Positions 28,598 through 39,776 of a stretch of DNA of 62,513 nt are shown here, in pieces. Each line of letters starts with the position of its first letter. Within the stretch, counting starts at the first letter, position 1. Source of the DNA: Bacteroidota bacterium (lineage in GTDB: Bacteria; Bacteroidota; Bacteroidia; CAILMK01); contig JAWXCF010000089.1 of the NCBI GenBank assembly GCA_034440515.1, forward strand, positions 1-62,513. Reading direction: 5' to 3'. The notes under the pieces were generated by a model. It made no database searches. It was given only the letters and a program-made list of their open reading frames with translations, and had not been told where the DNA came from. The translations under genes were made by a program, and so were the position numbers.

Positions 28598-30388
28598 TTA
28601 CATTCTCTCGGGTAAATCGATACCTAATATCTTGGAATAATCAAAAAGTAATGTTGCAGTTATGCTGGTTAATTTTAGTCTGTAGGCGCGTTTTATTAAG
28701 TTTTCTTCTCTTAATACGCTACATTTATCGTAGAAACTACTAAAAGATTTAGCCAATTCAAATAAATAGTTAGATAAGGAAGCAGGGCTAAGGTTATCTG
28801 CGGCAATGTTAAGAATTTGTTCGTGCTTATGTAACTGCTGAATCAGATTTTTCTCTTCAATCACCATATCATAATTCTCTATCTCCTCAGCCGATAGTTT
28901 AATTATTTCTACTTCTTCAACTTTTCGCAATATGCTCTTAATTCTGGCGTGTGAATATTGTAAATAAGGGCCAGTAAAGCCTTGGAACTCGATACTTTTG
29001 GCTGGATTAAATATAATCGCATTAGCTGGACCAGCTTTTAGTAAGAAAAATTTGATGGCAGCCAGTGCTATTTGATGCACTAATTTTATAAATTCTTCTG
29101 CCGTTAAGTCTTCAGTTTTACCGGTTTTATTTGATTCATCTGCAGCAGTTACTTCCATTTCTGTAATCAAATCATCTGCATCTATTACTGTCCCTTCTCT
29201 AGTTTTCATTTTGCCAGTAGGTAGTTCTACCATTCCATAACTTAGGTGAAATATATTGTTCCACCAGGTTCTGCCAAGTTTTTTAAATACCAATTTTAGA
29301 ACTTTGAAATGGTAATCCTGCTCATTGCCAACTACATATATCATTTTGTCTAAATTATATTCATCAAATCGTTGCTGGGCAGTGCCTAAATCTTGCGTCA
29401 TATACACACTGGTACCGTCGCTTCTTAGTAGTATTTTGTGGTCAAGGCCTTCATCCGTTAAATCAACCCAGACACTTCCATCATCTTTTTTATAAAATAC
29501 ACCACGCTCTAGCCCATCTTGTATTATTTCTTTACCATATAGGTATGTGTTGCTTTCATAGTAAAATTTGTCAAAGTGAACGCCTAGCCTTTTGTACGTC
29601 TCGTCAAAGCCAGCATATACCCAAGAATTCATAGTTTCCCACAAACTTCTTACGGCTTCATCGCCAGCTTCCCATTTTAATAGAAGCGCACGACAATCTT
29701 TCATCATTTGCGTTTTATTATCAGCAGCAGTTTCTTCTATATTTTCATTTTGCATTATAATGTTTCTTTCCTTTTTCATTTCAGTTTGAAACATTACATA
29801 GTAATCACCCACTAGGTGGTCACCCTTTTTACCAGTTGATTCTGGTGTTGCTCCATTTCCCCATCTGCTCCAGGCAAGCATACTTTTACTTATATGTATT
29901 CCTCTGTCATTACACAGATTTGCCATAATTACGTCGTGACCCTGTTTTTTGAGAATTTGACTAACGCTGTATCCCAATAGGTTGTTTCTAATGTGACCTA
30001 AGTGCAGAGGTTTGTTAGTGTTTGGGCTACTATATTCTACCATTACTTTCTGTCTTTCATTTACAAGCCTTATTTGCAAGGGGTTCTTGTACAGCCAATT
30101 ATTCCAGTAAGCGGGTTTTAGCGTAATATTTAAAAAGCCTTGTACTCTTACAAAGCTTTGCATTTGCGGAACTAACGCAATCAATGATTTGCCTATTTCA
30201 TCACCTAATAGAGCAGGCGCTTTGCGCAGTAATTTTATGAATGGGAATAATACTAATGTGAAATCCCCAAGGTATTCTTCGTTAGTTTCCTGTATTTGAA
30301 TATCAGCTATTGGAACAACTATTTGATATAGATCTTTTAATGCAGATTGAGTTGCAACTGCTATGGATTGCTCTATATGAGTTAACAT
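28598..30388 (-). CDS. argS: Arginine--tRNA ligase
   Basis: EYSSPNTNKPLHLGHIRN, DGTSVYMTQDLG, GKMKTREG and GPYLQYSHAR motifs. Confidence 0.98.
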   Translation of the reverse strand: MLTHIEQSIAVATQSALKDLYQIVVPIADIQIQETNEEYLGDFTLVLFPFIKLLRKAPALLGDEIGKSLIALVPQMQSFVRVQGFLNITLKPAYWNNWLYKNPLQIRLVNERQKVMVEYSSPNTNKPLHLGHIRNNLLGYSVSQILKKQGHDVIMANLCNDRGIHISKSMLAWSRWGNGATPESTGKKGDHLVGDYYVMFQTEMKKERNIIMQNENIEETAADNKTQMMKDCRALLLKWEAGDEAVRSLWETMNSWVYAGFDETYKRLGVHFDKFYYESNTYLYGKEIIQDGLERGVFYKKDDGSVWVDLTDEGLDHKILLRSDGTSVYMTQDLGTAQQRFDEYNLDKMIYVVGNEQDYHFKVLKLVFKKLGRTWWNNIFHLSYGMVELPTGKMKTREGTVIDADDLITEMEVTAADESNKTGKTEDLTAEEFIKLVHQIALAAIKFFLLKAGPANAIIFNPAKSIEFQGFTGPYLQYSHARIKSILRKVEEVEIIKLSAEEIENYDMVIEEKNLIQQLHKHEQILNIAADNLSPASLSNYLFELAKSFSSFYDKCSVLREENLIKRAYRLKLTSITATLLFDYSKILGIDLPERM

Positions 30389-30481
30389 ATAAGTATTGTT
30401 AGAACGGTAAATGAAAAAAGGGAAAAATCCCGCTCAAATTTAATGTTTAAATAGAGGGGAAAAGGCTAAAGAGACTGAGTA

Positions 30482-30835
30482 TTAAAATTCCTCTACACTG
30501 TTCTTCTCTTCTTCTGGCTTGGTGTTGTGGTATTTCAATATGAAATCTACCTCAAGCATAATTTGTTCTGGTATGGTAGCTCTTCGTTTTCTTTTCTTAA
30601 GCATCCTTTTATGATGCTCCATTTTACCTAATTCAGATTTATCAGGTAGGAACAACAAAATGAAAATACTAACAACTGGAAGTACCAAACCTAAGCCCCA
30701 CCACAGCCAAAATGAGTGTCCGTGTGTGTCAGCGTAATGACCTGCTACTAGGGGTGTAATGACGAAATATACTAGTAACAGTAAGGCAAGTAACTCCCAA
30801 CTGAATCCAAAGTCTACTTTATCAAGATATAACAT
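30482..30835 (-). CDS. Small membrane protein of unknown function
   Basis: Two TM helices with G.SFWLWW.LG..LP, then a basic tail. Confidence 0.6.
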   Translation of the reverse strand: MLYLDKVDFGFSWELLALLLLVYFVITPLVAGHYADTHGHSFWLWWGLGLVLPVVSIFILLFLPDKSELGKMEHHKRMLKKRKRRATIPEQIMLEVDFILKYHNTKPEEEKNSVEEF

Positions 30836-30931
30836 TATGCTAGTTAAATAATCTAATTAAGGTGGCTAACACAAATATAAAGGATTGACCTTAGATTTTT
30901 GTTTAAATGATAGATTTAATTTAGATAATAT

Positions 30932-31744
30932 TCATTTAAAATAATTTGAAACTATTTCGATATTACTACTCAAAATCACCATAAATCCTTGTACGATTAT
31001 ACTTCCATCTAATGCAATTTGAATAGTTCGTCTGGTAGGGATTTGATTTCTTGCGATGATGTATACAATAGACATTAATGGTCCACTAAATCTCGCCATT
31101 AATTCATAACCATTTAAATTATTTAAGAAATATGAAAGTGAGTATATTACTATAGCTAGAACCCAAATAGCTATCAAAGCAATCTTATTCCCAGACCAAG
31201 ATAAATAAGACGCAACATTGTGTTGTTCATTTCTCTGATCTTGTATTAAATCTACCGCATCACAAGCAAAACAAAGCCCTAAGAAATACATAAATTTAGC
31301 TGCAACTAAAAAAAAATCAATAGTTTGATCTAACACCAAGGCTGGTAATAAATAGCCAATGCTCAACCAAATGAAACTGATGATTATGATTTTAAGTCCT
31401 AAAATTTGTCTCAGGCTTATTCCAATTTTAGGAATAGGAAGTGCATACAGCGATACCAAAATACCCAGTACAGAAATAGGAAGTAAATACTGTGGTGCTA
31501 AACAGACCCATAGAAAGACCACACCCAAGCAAATAAGGATTTCTAGAATACCCATTCTTAATCTATAAACTAAGTAAGTACTTCGAAACAAAGTATATAT
31601 TATGCAGGTTGTGATGGCACAGGCTAGACTGTATTGCCAATCAATCTGTACTTTAAGTAACGTAAATCCTGCAGCCGCCTGAATGAATGCAGCAAAGGAT
31701 ATATATAGCTGAATTCTGCTGAAATGTATTTTGGTCCAGTTCAA
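30932..31744 (-). CDS. UbiA-like prenyltransferase-family membrane protein
   Basis: Multi-TM; LR.I.GLK and D..D...D motifs typical of the divergent Bacteroidota UbiA-like family. Confidence 0.6.
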   Translation of the reverse strand: MNWTKIHFSRIQLYISFAAFIQAAAGFTLLKVQIDWQYSLACAITTCIIYTLFRSTYLVYRLRMGILEILICLGVVFLWVCLAPQYLLPISVLGILVSLYALPIPKIGISLRQILGLKIIIISFIWLSIGYLLPALVLDQTIDFFLVAAKFMYFLGLCFACDAVDLIQDQRNEQHNVASYLSWSGNKIALIAIWVLAIVIYSLSYFLNNLNGYELMARFSGPLMSIVYIIARNQIPTRRTIQIALDGSIIVQGFMVILSSNIEIVSNYFK

Positions 31745-31931
31745 TTTATCACAAAGCTATACTTTAACATAACACCACTTTTTATTTGCAATAATGCTAT
31801 TATATTCAAAAAAAACCACATATAGGCTCATATTCTGCTTACCTTTGCCCCTGCATTTACCATTTACATTCTAGTTACTTATTAGCATCTAATTTTAGCA
31901 AATAAATTAGACGTGGATATAAAAACAGTAT

Positions 31932-33743
31932 ATGAACAATATTAGAAATATAGCCATAATAGCGCACGTTGACCACGGTAAAACTACCTTGGTTGATAAA
32001 ATGTTGCATCAGGCAAAATTATTCAGAGATAATCAAGAAACAGGTGATTTGATTATGGATAACAACGATTTAGAGCGCGAGCGTGGTATAACCATCTTAG
32101 CTAAAAACGTATCTATAAGATATAAAGACACCAAAATTAACATCATTGATACTCCTGGTCACTCAGACTTCGGTGGTGAAGTAGAGCGTGTATTAAATAT
32201 GGCAGACGGAGTGTTGCTATTGGTCGATGCATTTGAAGGGCCTATGCCTCAAACTAGATTTGTATTGCAAAAAGCATTACAACAAGGCTTAAAACCTATT
32301 GTTGTAATAAACAAAGTAGATAAACAAAACTGCCGCCCGGACGAAGTACACGAAAGTGTATTTGAGTTATTTTTTAACCTAGAGGCTACAGAAGATCAGT
32401 TAGATTTCCCTACTTTTTACGGATCTGGTAGAAACGGCTGGATGAGTAAAGATTATAATGTAAAGACTGATGACATTACTGAGTTATTAGATGGTATTGT
32501 TGAGTTTATTCCTCCGGCCCCTAGCAATGAGGGCACACCCCAATTGCAAATAACTAGTATTGACTATAGTAGCTATACAGGTCGTATTGCAGTAGGTAGA
32601 TTATTTAGAGGTACTTTGAAACTAAACCAACCTGTAAGTTTAGTAAAAAGAGATGGTACTATTCAAAAGAATAGAATTAAGGAGCTTTATACGTTCGAAG
32701 GAATGGGAAGAACCAAAGTAGAAGAAGTAAAAGCAGGTGAAATATGTGCCGTATCTGGTATTGAAAACTTTGAGATTGGTGATACCATCGCAGACTTTGA
32801 AAATCCTGAAGCGTTAATTCCAATTGATGTTGATGAACCGACGATGAGTATGTTGTTTACCATTAACAACTCACCATTCTTTGGTAAAGAAGGTAAATTC
32901 GTTACGAGTCGTCAAATTAGAGATCGTTTGATGAAAGAGACAGAAAAGAACTTAGCAATGAGGGTTGAAGAAACCGACAGTGCAGATTCTTTCTTAGTAT
33001 TTGGCCGTGGTATACTACACTTAAGTATCTTAATTGAAACAATGCGTCGTGAGGGGTACGAGTTACAAGTAGGTCAGCCGAGAGTAATTATAAAAGAAAT
33101 AGATGGTCAAAAATTTGAACCATTTGAAACACTAATAGTTGACGTTCCTGAGGAGTCATCAGGTAAAGTGATAGAATTAGTAAGTCAGAAAAAAGGTGAA
33201 CTATTGGTAATGGAGCCAAAAGGAGACCTTCAACACCTTGAGTTTAATATTCCCAGTCGTGGTTTAGCAGGATTGAGAAACAATGTACTGACTGCAACTG
33301 CAGGTGAGGCCATTATGGCACATAGATTTAAGGCATATGAACCCTACAAAGGTGGTTTGCCAGGCAGATTGAATGGCGTATTAATCAGTATGGATAATGG
33401 TGACAGCACTGCCTATGCTATTGATAAATTACAAGATAGAGGTATATTTTTTATCGATCCAGGAGATACTATTTATGGTGGTCAAATAATTGGTGAAAAT
33501 AATAGACCTGATGACTTAAGTATCAACGTCACTAAAGGTAAAAAATTGACAAATATGCGTGCTAGTGGTACTGATGACAATGCCAGAATTGCACCAGCAG
33601 TTAAATTTAGCCTAGAGGAAGCTTTAGAATACATTCAAGGTGACGAATACGTAGAGTTAACACCAGCAAGCATCAGATTGAGAAAAATATATTTAGATGA
33701 AAATGAGCGTAACCGTCGTAAAAAACAGACGGCAACTGCTTAG
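31932..33743 (+). CDS. typA: Translational GTPase TypA/BipA
   Basis: AHVDHGKTT, RGITI, DTPGH, NKVD and KKLTNMRASG motifs; TACCTTTG -7 box at 31840-31847. Confidence 0.98.
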   Translation: MNNIRNIAIIAHVDHGKTTLVDKMLHQAKLFRDNQETGDLIMDNNDLERERGITILAKNVSIRYKDTKINIIDTPGHSDFGGEVERVLNMADGVLLLVDAFEGPMPQTRFVLQKALQQGLKPIVVINKVDKQNCRPDEVHESVFELFFNLEATEDQLDFPTFYGSGRNGWMSKDYNVKTDDITELLDGIVEFIPPAPSNEGTPQLQITSIDYSSYTGRIAVGRLFRGTLKLNQPVSLVKRDGTIQKNRIKELYTFEGMGRTKVEEVKAGEICAVSGIENFEIGDTIADFENPEALIPIDVDEPTMSMLFTINNSPFFGKEGKFVTSRQIRDRLMKETEKNLAMRVEETDSADSFLVFGRGILHLSILIETMRREGYELQVGQPRVIIKEIDGQKFEPFETLIVDVPEESSGKVIELVSQKKGELLVMEPKGDLQHLEFNIPSRGLAGLRNNVLTATAGEAIMAHRFKAYEPYKGGLPGRLNGVLISMDNGDSTAYAIDKLQDRGIFFIDPGDTIYGGQIIGENNRPDDLSINVTKGKKLTNMRASGTDDNARIAPAVKFSLEEALEYIQGDEYVELTPASIRLRKIYLDENERNRRKKQTATA

Positions 33744-33767
33744 TTTTATTGCAAATGTTTAAATGCT

Positions 33768-33794
33768 ATGCCACTTCATTATTTGGGGTGGCAT
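33768..33794 (+). terminator. Intrinsic terminator of typA
   Basis: ATGCCACTTCA-ttatt-TGGGGTGGCAT followed by TTGTTT. Confidence 0.7.
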
Positions 33795-33929
33795 TTGTTT
33801 ATTATACCAATTAATCCTTCAAATAGATAAACAATCTAATAGTTGAAACTATTAATAAGCAACTACAATGGTTCGTACCTTTGAATGGTATTTTCAAATT
33901 CAATTATTTTAGAATAGAAGCGATACATA

Positions 33930-36293
33930 ATGTGGGTTAGACTAACCAATTTTTTTATAAGGAACAGATTCGTTGCATTACTAAGTATTTTAGCAATTAC
34001 AATATTCTTTGGATATAAGGCTAAAGATGTAAAAATGAGTTATGACTTCCCCCAAGTCATACCAATTACCGATGTAGATTTTATCTACTACGAAAAGTTC
34101 AAAAAGGTATTTGGAGAAGATGGCGACTTATTAATTCTAGGCTTTAAATCGAAGGAAGTTTTTAATAAAGATTTATATAATGACTGGTATTTGCTAGGCA
34201 AAGACCTAAAAAAATTGCCAGGCGTTACAGGCGTGGCAGGTGTATATAATTTATTAGTAATAGATAAAGATACAGCTACAAAACGATTTAGAATAACACC
34301 GATACACGATAGATTATGCAGGGACCAAAAAGAGGCTGACAGTGTTAAACAAGTAATACTAGATCTTCAATTTTACAGGAATCTGTTCTATAACGATAGT
34401 ACTCACGCCACACTTATGGCCATTAAACTTGATGGACGAGTGCTGAGAAGTAAAGATAGAATAGAACTCATACACCAAGCAGAGGAGGTATCAAAGGGTT
34501 TCTCAAAGAAGCACAACATTGATCTTGCCTACACAGGTTTACCGTATATCAGAACCATATTTGCAGGAAAAATTCAGCAGGAATTAAATCTGTTCTTAGC
34601 ACTTTCAGTATTAATTACTTCACTAATACTTTATCTATTTTTTAGGTCAATCTATTCAGTTTTGTTGCCATTGATTATAATTACGATTATAATCATATTG
34701 TCACTTGGGTTTGTATCAATGTTGGGGTATAAACTTACCCTATTAACTGGTCTAATACCACCCTTAATAGTAATCATAGCAGTACCTAATTTTATCTATT
34801 TTCAGAATAGGTATCATATGGAGTACCGTAAATATAACAATAAGCTTCGAGCTATTATGATGATGGTGAACGGTATAGCTCGAGTAGTATTTTTAAATAA
34901 TTTAACTACAGCTATAGGCTTTGGGGTTCTTTATTTTATTAATAGTCCTATACTTAAAGAATTTGGGCTTGTTGCTTTCTTTATGATTACGGCTACTTTC
35001 TTTGCTACACTAGTGGTGATGCCAGTAGTACTTAGTTATATGCCAGCCCCTAATGCGAAGCATATAAACTATATGCAAAATAGGAGTATGACCTCATTTA
35101 TTGGCTGGGTATTAAAACTTGTATTGCATAAACGCAAATTGATATATGGTTTTAGTATACTACTATTTATTGGCGGAGTCTATGGCATCACTAAGTTAAA
35201 CGCTGTCGGGTACATAATGGATGATATACCAAAGCGGGATAAGTTGTATTCTGATCTAATGTTTTTTGAAGAGAATTTTAGAGGGGTAATGCCTTTTGAA
35301 ATTATTATAGACACTAAGGAAGATAAGGGTGTTATAAACCCTGACTTTGTGAATAAATTGGACCAACTTCAGGATTCTATTGCTACTATGAAGGAGTTTT
35401 CAACGACTATCAGTATTGCAAACCTTGCAAAATTTGCTACTCAAGCTTATTATGATGGTGACCCAGAAATGTATAGATTGCCTGGAATATCTGAGTATAG
35501 AAAAATATCTAGATACACTAAGTCTTTCAACCTAAATACTGCAGCAGGAAATGGCGTAGGTTTTAAATTGATGGACAGTAACCAGCGTGTAGCAAGGGTA
35601 ACTACAAAAATGGCTGACGTAGGTAGTGAACGATTGAAACAAATAATTAGTCGATTAGATAAAATTATTCCTTCCATATTTGGTAAAGACGTCGTTAGTT
35701 ATCAGTTCTCTGGCTTTAGTCGCATTTTCTTAAAGGGTAACAGCTACTTAATTGAGAATTTAGCAACCAGTCTAGTATTTGCCGTATTAGCAGTTATGAT
35801 TGTAATTGTAATTATGTTTCCGAGTTTGCGATTGTTGTGGATTATCCTTTTGCCAAATTTCTTAGCATTAACTATTACAGGAGGCATTATGGGTTATTTA
35901 AATATACCCCTTAAACCTAGTAGTGTATTGGTGTTTAGTATCGCCTTTAGTATAGCAGTTGACACCAGCTTTCACTTTGTAGCTGTATATCGTAATGATA
36001 TGCGAATGCACAATTGGACTATAGCTAAAACTGTAAGCAACAGTTTAAAGGAAACGGGTACCAGCATTATCTATACCTCAATTCTTTTGTTATTTGGATT
36101 TGGTATATTTTGCTTTAGCACCTTTGGCAGCACAGTAGCTTTAGGGGCATTGATGGCTATTACTATCATTTCTGCTACATTTACCAATATTTTTATAATT
36201 CCTGCATTGTTAGTTAGTTTCGATAGAAAGAACAGTTCTTTCCTTAAAAAGAAAATGAAGCCAGCTGCAAGTATAGAATCCGAAGAAGCTTAA
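33930..36293 (+). CDS. MMPL/RND-family transporter
   Basis: Two repeats of TM, periplasmic loop and 5 TM; FGEDG, TTAIGF and SIAFSIAVD..H motifs; TACCTTTG at 33876-33883. Confidence 0.9.
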   Translation: MWVRLTNFFIRNRFVALLSILAITIFFGYKAKDVKMSYDFPQVIPITDVDFIYYEKFKKVFGEDGDLLILGFKSKEVFNKDLYNDWYLLGKDLKKLPGVTGVAGVYNLLVIDKDTATKRFRITPIHDRLCRDQKEADSVKQVILDLQFYRNLFYNDSTHATLMAIKLDGRVLRSKDRIELIHQAEEVSKGFSKKHNIDLAYTGLPYIRTIFAGKIQQELNLFLALSVLITSLILYLFFRSIYSVLLPLIIITIIIILSLGFVSMLGYKLTLLTGLIPPLIVIIAVPNFIYFQNRYHMEYRKYNNKLRAIMMMVNGIARVVFLNNLTTAIGFGVLYFINSPILKEFGLVAFFMITATFFATLVVMPVVLSYMPAPNAKHINYMQNRSMTSFIGWVLKLVLHKRKLIYGFSILLFIGGVYGITKLNAVGYIMDDIPKRDKLYSDLMFFEENFRGVMPFEIIIDTKEDKGVINPDFVNKLDQLQDSIATMKEFSTTISIANLAKFATQAYYDGDPEMYRLPGISEYRKISRYTKSFNLNTAAGNGVGFKLMDSNQRVARVTTKMADVGSERLKQIISRLDKIIPSIFGKDVVSYQFSGFSRIFLKGNSYLIENLATSLVFAVLAVMIVIVIMFPSLRLLWIILLPNFLALTITGGIMGYLNIPLKPSSVLVFSIAFSIAVDTSFHFVAVYRNDMRMHNWTIAKTVSNSLKETGTSIIYTSILLLFGFGIFCFSTFGSTVALGALMAITIISATFTNIFIIPALLVSFDRKNSSFLKKKMKPAASIESEEA

Positions 36294-37957
36294 ATCTTTA
36301 TGAATTTGTTGACGTAAAAATCATTTAATGATTTGATAGTTATTGTATAACTGCCTTGTCTTAAATGACGAATGTCAATTTGATTTTTATTAATTAACGT
36401 GAAGTTTTCTAGTCTATTACCTTGCATATCCATAATTTCAACTTGATAGCTTACTAGACTTTTCAGCCCAGAAATATTTAGCACTTCATTACAAGGATTT
36501 GGGTAAAGTTGATATTTTAGTTTTCCAAACGGAGTCTTTGTTACACTAAGGGGATTGTTATAGTTAGCTATCAACATATTGTTTTCACCAAAAGCCCTTT
36601 GCTCAATGTTGCAGAACGTGTCAATATATGACGCTGGTGAAAACATAGATAATTGATTATCAATATTCATTGCAAATGAAAATGGAATACCTTTAGGTCT
36701 TGCTTTATTGGTGGTTTTATCAAATCCTAAAACTTTCCAATTTTGATCGAAAATAATCGCTAACAGTGTGTCTGAATTATCAATTACAGTAGCTAAATAG
36801 TATTTTTTTGTGCGTTTATCCCAAGTTAAATTAAATCTAGATTCTGTAGTTGTGAAGAATTTCTTTGTAAATCCTTCATTAAAACTCAATAATTTAGCAT
36901 TTAAGTCTGTGCGTAATTGAAAATAATATACTTTATTGTCTGCTACTTCATTTGGCTTAGAATATCCAATACCTGACAATAGAAGTTCATTGCCAGATCG
37001 CCTTATGTCTAATGGGTTAAGCAATGCAGAGAGTATTGACAAAGTATTCGCACTATCCACAGAGCCATTTATTGGATTAATAGGAATCAAGAATGTCCTA
37101 TTACCACCAAAGGATAACGTTCCTGGGAGAGTAAACTGATTATTTACTAAAGGATTACCAAAATAATGTCCTGTTATATAAATCTTGTTATTTGTATAAG
37201 TGGCAGTATTTGGGCTTTCAGATACTATTGTAGCAAGTACATTATTAAAATCTAAACCAGGCACAACTAAAAATTTAAAACTTGTATCTATTTCCAGTTT
37301 TTCATTAAACTTTAGCATATAAAGATTTTGTCTATTTTCAGTACCCTTTACAGTGTCTTTTGTATTAAAGGGGAGGATTTTATTAATAAAAGTGCCATAT
37401 AAATATAAAGTGTTACCATTTATAATTAATGCTCTAGGGATATCTTGTTTATCAAATGTCTTGAAATCAATGTATTTTTTTAATTTACCAGTTTTAGAGT
37501 CTGCGGATAAAACGTATTGATGTAATCCTGGGTTTTTTACTATTATGTCAGTATCACCATACTTGAAGATAGTACAGGAGTCACGACCTGAAATAATCAA
37601 CTCCTCAGTTTTATAATTATATTGAATTACATTAAATTCAACGCGACCTTTATCCGATGTAAGGATTTTGGTAAATTTAATTTTACCTGCCTTATCGAAA
37701 CCAGCTAAAAAGGAATATTCATTAAATGTACTGTTATCAAATAATAAAGAATCAATCCCAAATTTTGTAAATGACGATTCTCTAGCTGCATAATACCATT
37801 CACCACGAATAGAATCATAAGTTACCAAATGCCTAGAGTTTCCAGAATTTTTTATAGAATGGTACCTGACTTGGCTGTAATCTGGCCATTGAGCAAAAGC
37901 GTTTACTGCTCCTAGTAAAAGGCAAGTAAATAGGAAAAATGTAAGTAGTTGTCTCAA
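36290..37957 (-). CDS. T9SS-secreted protein (type A CTD), likely beta-propeller-like
   Basis: Probable TTG start at 37957 with signal peptide ending AFAQ; C-terminal YPNP...GSY.I....KFIK. Confidence 0.8.
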   Translation of the reverse strand: MRQLLTFFLFTCLLLGAVNAFAQWPDYSQVRYHSIKNSGNSRHLVTYDSIRGEWYYAARESSFTKFGIDSLLFDNSTFNEYSFLAGFDKAGKIKFTKILTSDKGRVEFNVIQYNYKTEELIISGRDSCTIFKYGDTDIIVKNPGLHQYVLSADSKTGKLKKYIDFKTFDKQDIPRALIINGNTLYLYGTFINKILPFNTKDTVKGTENRQNLYMLKFNEKLEIDTSFKFLVVPGLDFNNVLATIVSESPNTATYTNNKIYITGHYFGNPLVNNQFTLPGTLSFGGNRTFLIPINPINGSVDSANTLSILSALLNPLDIRRSGNELLLSGIGYSKPNEVADNKVYYFQLRTDLNAKLLSFNEGFTKKFFTTTESRFNLTWDKRTKKYYLATVIDNSDTLLAIIFDQNWKVLGFDKTTNKARPKGIPFSFAMNIDNQLSMFSPASYIDTFCNIEQRAFGENNMLIANYNNPLSVTKTPFGKLKYQLYPNPCNEVLNISGLKSLVSYQVEIMDMQGNRLENFTLINKNQIDIRHLRQGSYTITIKSLNDFYVNKFIKI

Positions 37958-37973
37958 AACGTTTTGTATAAAT

Positions 37974-39101
37974 TTATGCTGAAATATGACTAAACTCAGG
38001 ATATAATGAAAGTAATGATTCTTCGCTTGCTTCACAGATTCCCCTATCTGTAATTAATCCTGTAATTAACCGTGCAGGGGTTACGTCAAAGCCGTAATTT
38101 GCTGCAGGGCTACTCTCTGGTGTTAGTTGTACCGTTTGTAATTGCCCTTGATAATACCCTTGAATGTATTTTACTTCGTTTTGATCCCTTTCCTCTATTG
38201 GAATTTCTAAAAGACCGTCGTTCATAGTCCAATCTATAGTCGTGCTGGGCAGTGCAACATAAAAAGGCACATCGTTATCTTTTGCAGCTAAGGCCTTTAA
38301 GTATGTCCCTATTTTATTGGCAACATCGCCTTGTCTTGTTGTTCTGTCAGTGCCAACTATTACCATATCCACCATACCGTGCTGCATTAAGTGACCCCCC
38401 GTGTTGTCAACTATTACTGTATGGGGAACACCCCGTTGGCTAAGTTCCCAAGCAGTTAAGTTAAAGCCTTGATTTCTAGGTCTGGTCTCATCTACCCATA
38501 CGTGAATAGGCAATCCTTGATCGTGTGCTAAATAAATTGGTGCTGTTGCAGTGCCCCAATCTACACAACCTAACCAACCTGCATTGCAATGTGTCAGTAT
38601 GTTAACAGGTTCGTTATATGTCTTTTTTAATAATAATTCTTTAATAATTGTCAATCCATTTTGACCGATTTTAAAGCAAGTTTCTATATCCTCATCAGCT
38701 ATTCTTATAGCGGTATTTAGTGCAACATCAATTTTATCTTCTACATTATTTGCCTTTGCTAATGCTGATTGTACTTGCTCAATTGCCCACTGTAAATTTA
38801 CTGCTGTCGGTCTGCTGCTTAATAATATTTCAGCTGCATTATGTATGTATCCATCAAATGCACCTACTGAATGCTTAGGTGCGTGCAAACTGGCTAAATA
38901 CAAACCAAAGGCTGCTGTTACACCTATTAAAGGTGCACCTCTCACTATCATATCTTTTATGGCAGATTCAGCCTCAGAAAAAGTAGTTAAATCTCTAATA
39001 ATTAACTCGTGCGGCAAGTGTCTTTGATCAATTACTTGCACTACGTGTTTATTATCGGGTTTTAGCCAAATGGTTCTATAGTGAGAATTGTTAATTTGCA
39101 T
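37974..39101 (-). CDS. mtnA: S-methyl-5-thioribose-1-phosphate isomerase
   Basis: IDQR.LP, VRGAPLIG, RPTAVNL, LTHCNAG, DETRP.NQG, GDVANKIGT and FDVTP motifs. Confidence 0.96.
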   Translation of the reverse strand: MQINNSHYRTIWLKPDNKHVVQVIDQRHLPHELIIRDLTTFSEAESAIKDMIVRGAPLIGVTAAFGLYLASLHAPKHSVGAFDGYIHNAAEILLSSRPTAVNLQWAIEQVQSALAKANNVEDKIDVALNTAIRIADEDIETCFKIGQNGLTIIKELLLKKTYNEPVNILTHCNAGWLGCVDWGTATAPIYLAHDQGLPIHVWVDETRPRNQGFNLTAWELSQRGVPHTVIVDNTGGHLMQHGMVDMVIVGTDRTTRQGDVANKIGTYLKALAAKDNDVPFYVALPSTTIDWTMNDGLLEIPIEERDQNEVKYIQGYYQGQLQTVQLTPESSPAANYGFDVTPARLITGLITDRGICEASEESLLSLYPEFSHISA

Positions 39102-39171
39102 TGGGAAGTTATAATAGTAGTCTAATTCTTAACAAAGATAATTAGGTAATAATCTACTGGTAATATAAAAT

Positions 39172-39204
39172 AAAAAAGCCTGAAATCCGAAAAGGAAATC
39201 AGGC
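39172..39204 (-). terminator. Intrinsic terminator after the yceI-doxX-marR operon
   Basis: Minus strand GCCTGA..TCC-loop-GGA..TCAGGC followed by TTTTTT. Confidence 0.7.
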
Positions 39205-39287
39205 GTACAACAAAATAGAGAAACTGACATCCTCACTAGGATATCAACTACACAAAAAACACGAAAACATAAGTAAGATGTTTTACA

Positions 39288-39776
39288 TTATAGCAAGGTT
39301 GCATCTATCGTAAAGTATATTTTAGAGTCTCTTAGTTTATCTAATAAATTGCTTAAACTGGCTACTTCTTTTTCTGTCAAAGAAAGCTCAACTGGCATTC
39401 CATTTTTATTCTTTTCGTCTATAGAGTCAAGTACTTTTTTACCCTCCTCAGTTATTAGCACTTCTACCAAACGCCTATCTTCATCACAACGTTCACGCTC
39501 TACATAGCCCTTTGCACGGAGTCGCTCAACTATTCTGCTGGCATCACAACCTTTATCAATCATTCTTTCTTTAATAAGGATAATGCTGCTAGGTTTTGGA
39601 TATTGACCCTTAAGTATTTTTAAAATATTGAATTGTTGTAAAGTAATGTCATACGATTCTAAAGCCCCTTTTTGTAACTCTTGAAACCAGAAGTAGGTGT
39701 ATGATACATTTACAGCAAGTTTAATAAAAGGACTGGCAAAAGGTTTTGTTTGCTTTATTTCATCTTCAATTTTCAT
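39288..39776 (-). CDS. MarR family transcriptional regulator
   Basis: MKIEDEIKQ, IT.QQFNILKIL, SRIVERL..KG.V.R and DRR.V...IT..G motifs. Confidence 0.93.
   Translation of the reverse strand: MKIEDEIKQTKPFASPFIKLAVNVSYTYFWFQELQKGALESYDITLQQFNILKILKGQYPKPSSIILIKERMIDKGCDASRIVERLRAKGYVERERCDEDRRLVEVLITEEGKKVLDSIDEKNKNGMPVELSLTEKEVASLSNLLDKLRDSKIYFTIDATLL

Noticed and set aside
39102-39287. SAM riboswitch upstream of mtnA
   Set aside because: The hairpins fit the marR terminator, no SAM-I/II consensus is visible, and mtnA has its own TATCTTTG -7 box downstream of the terminator.
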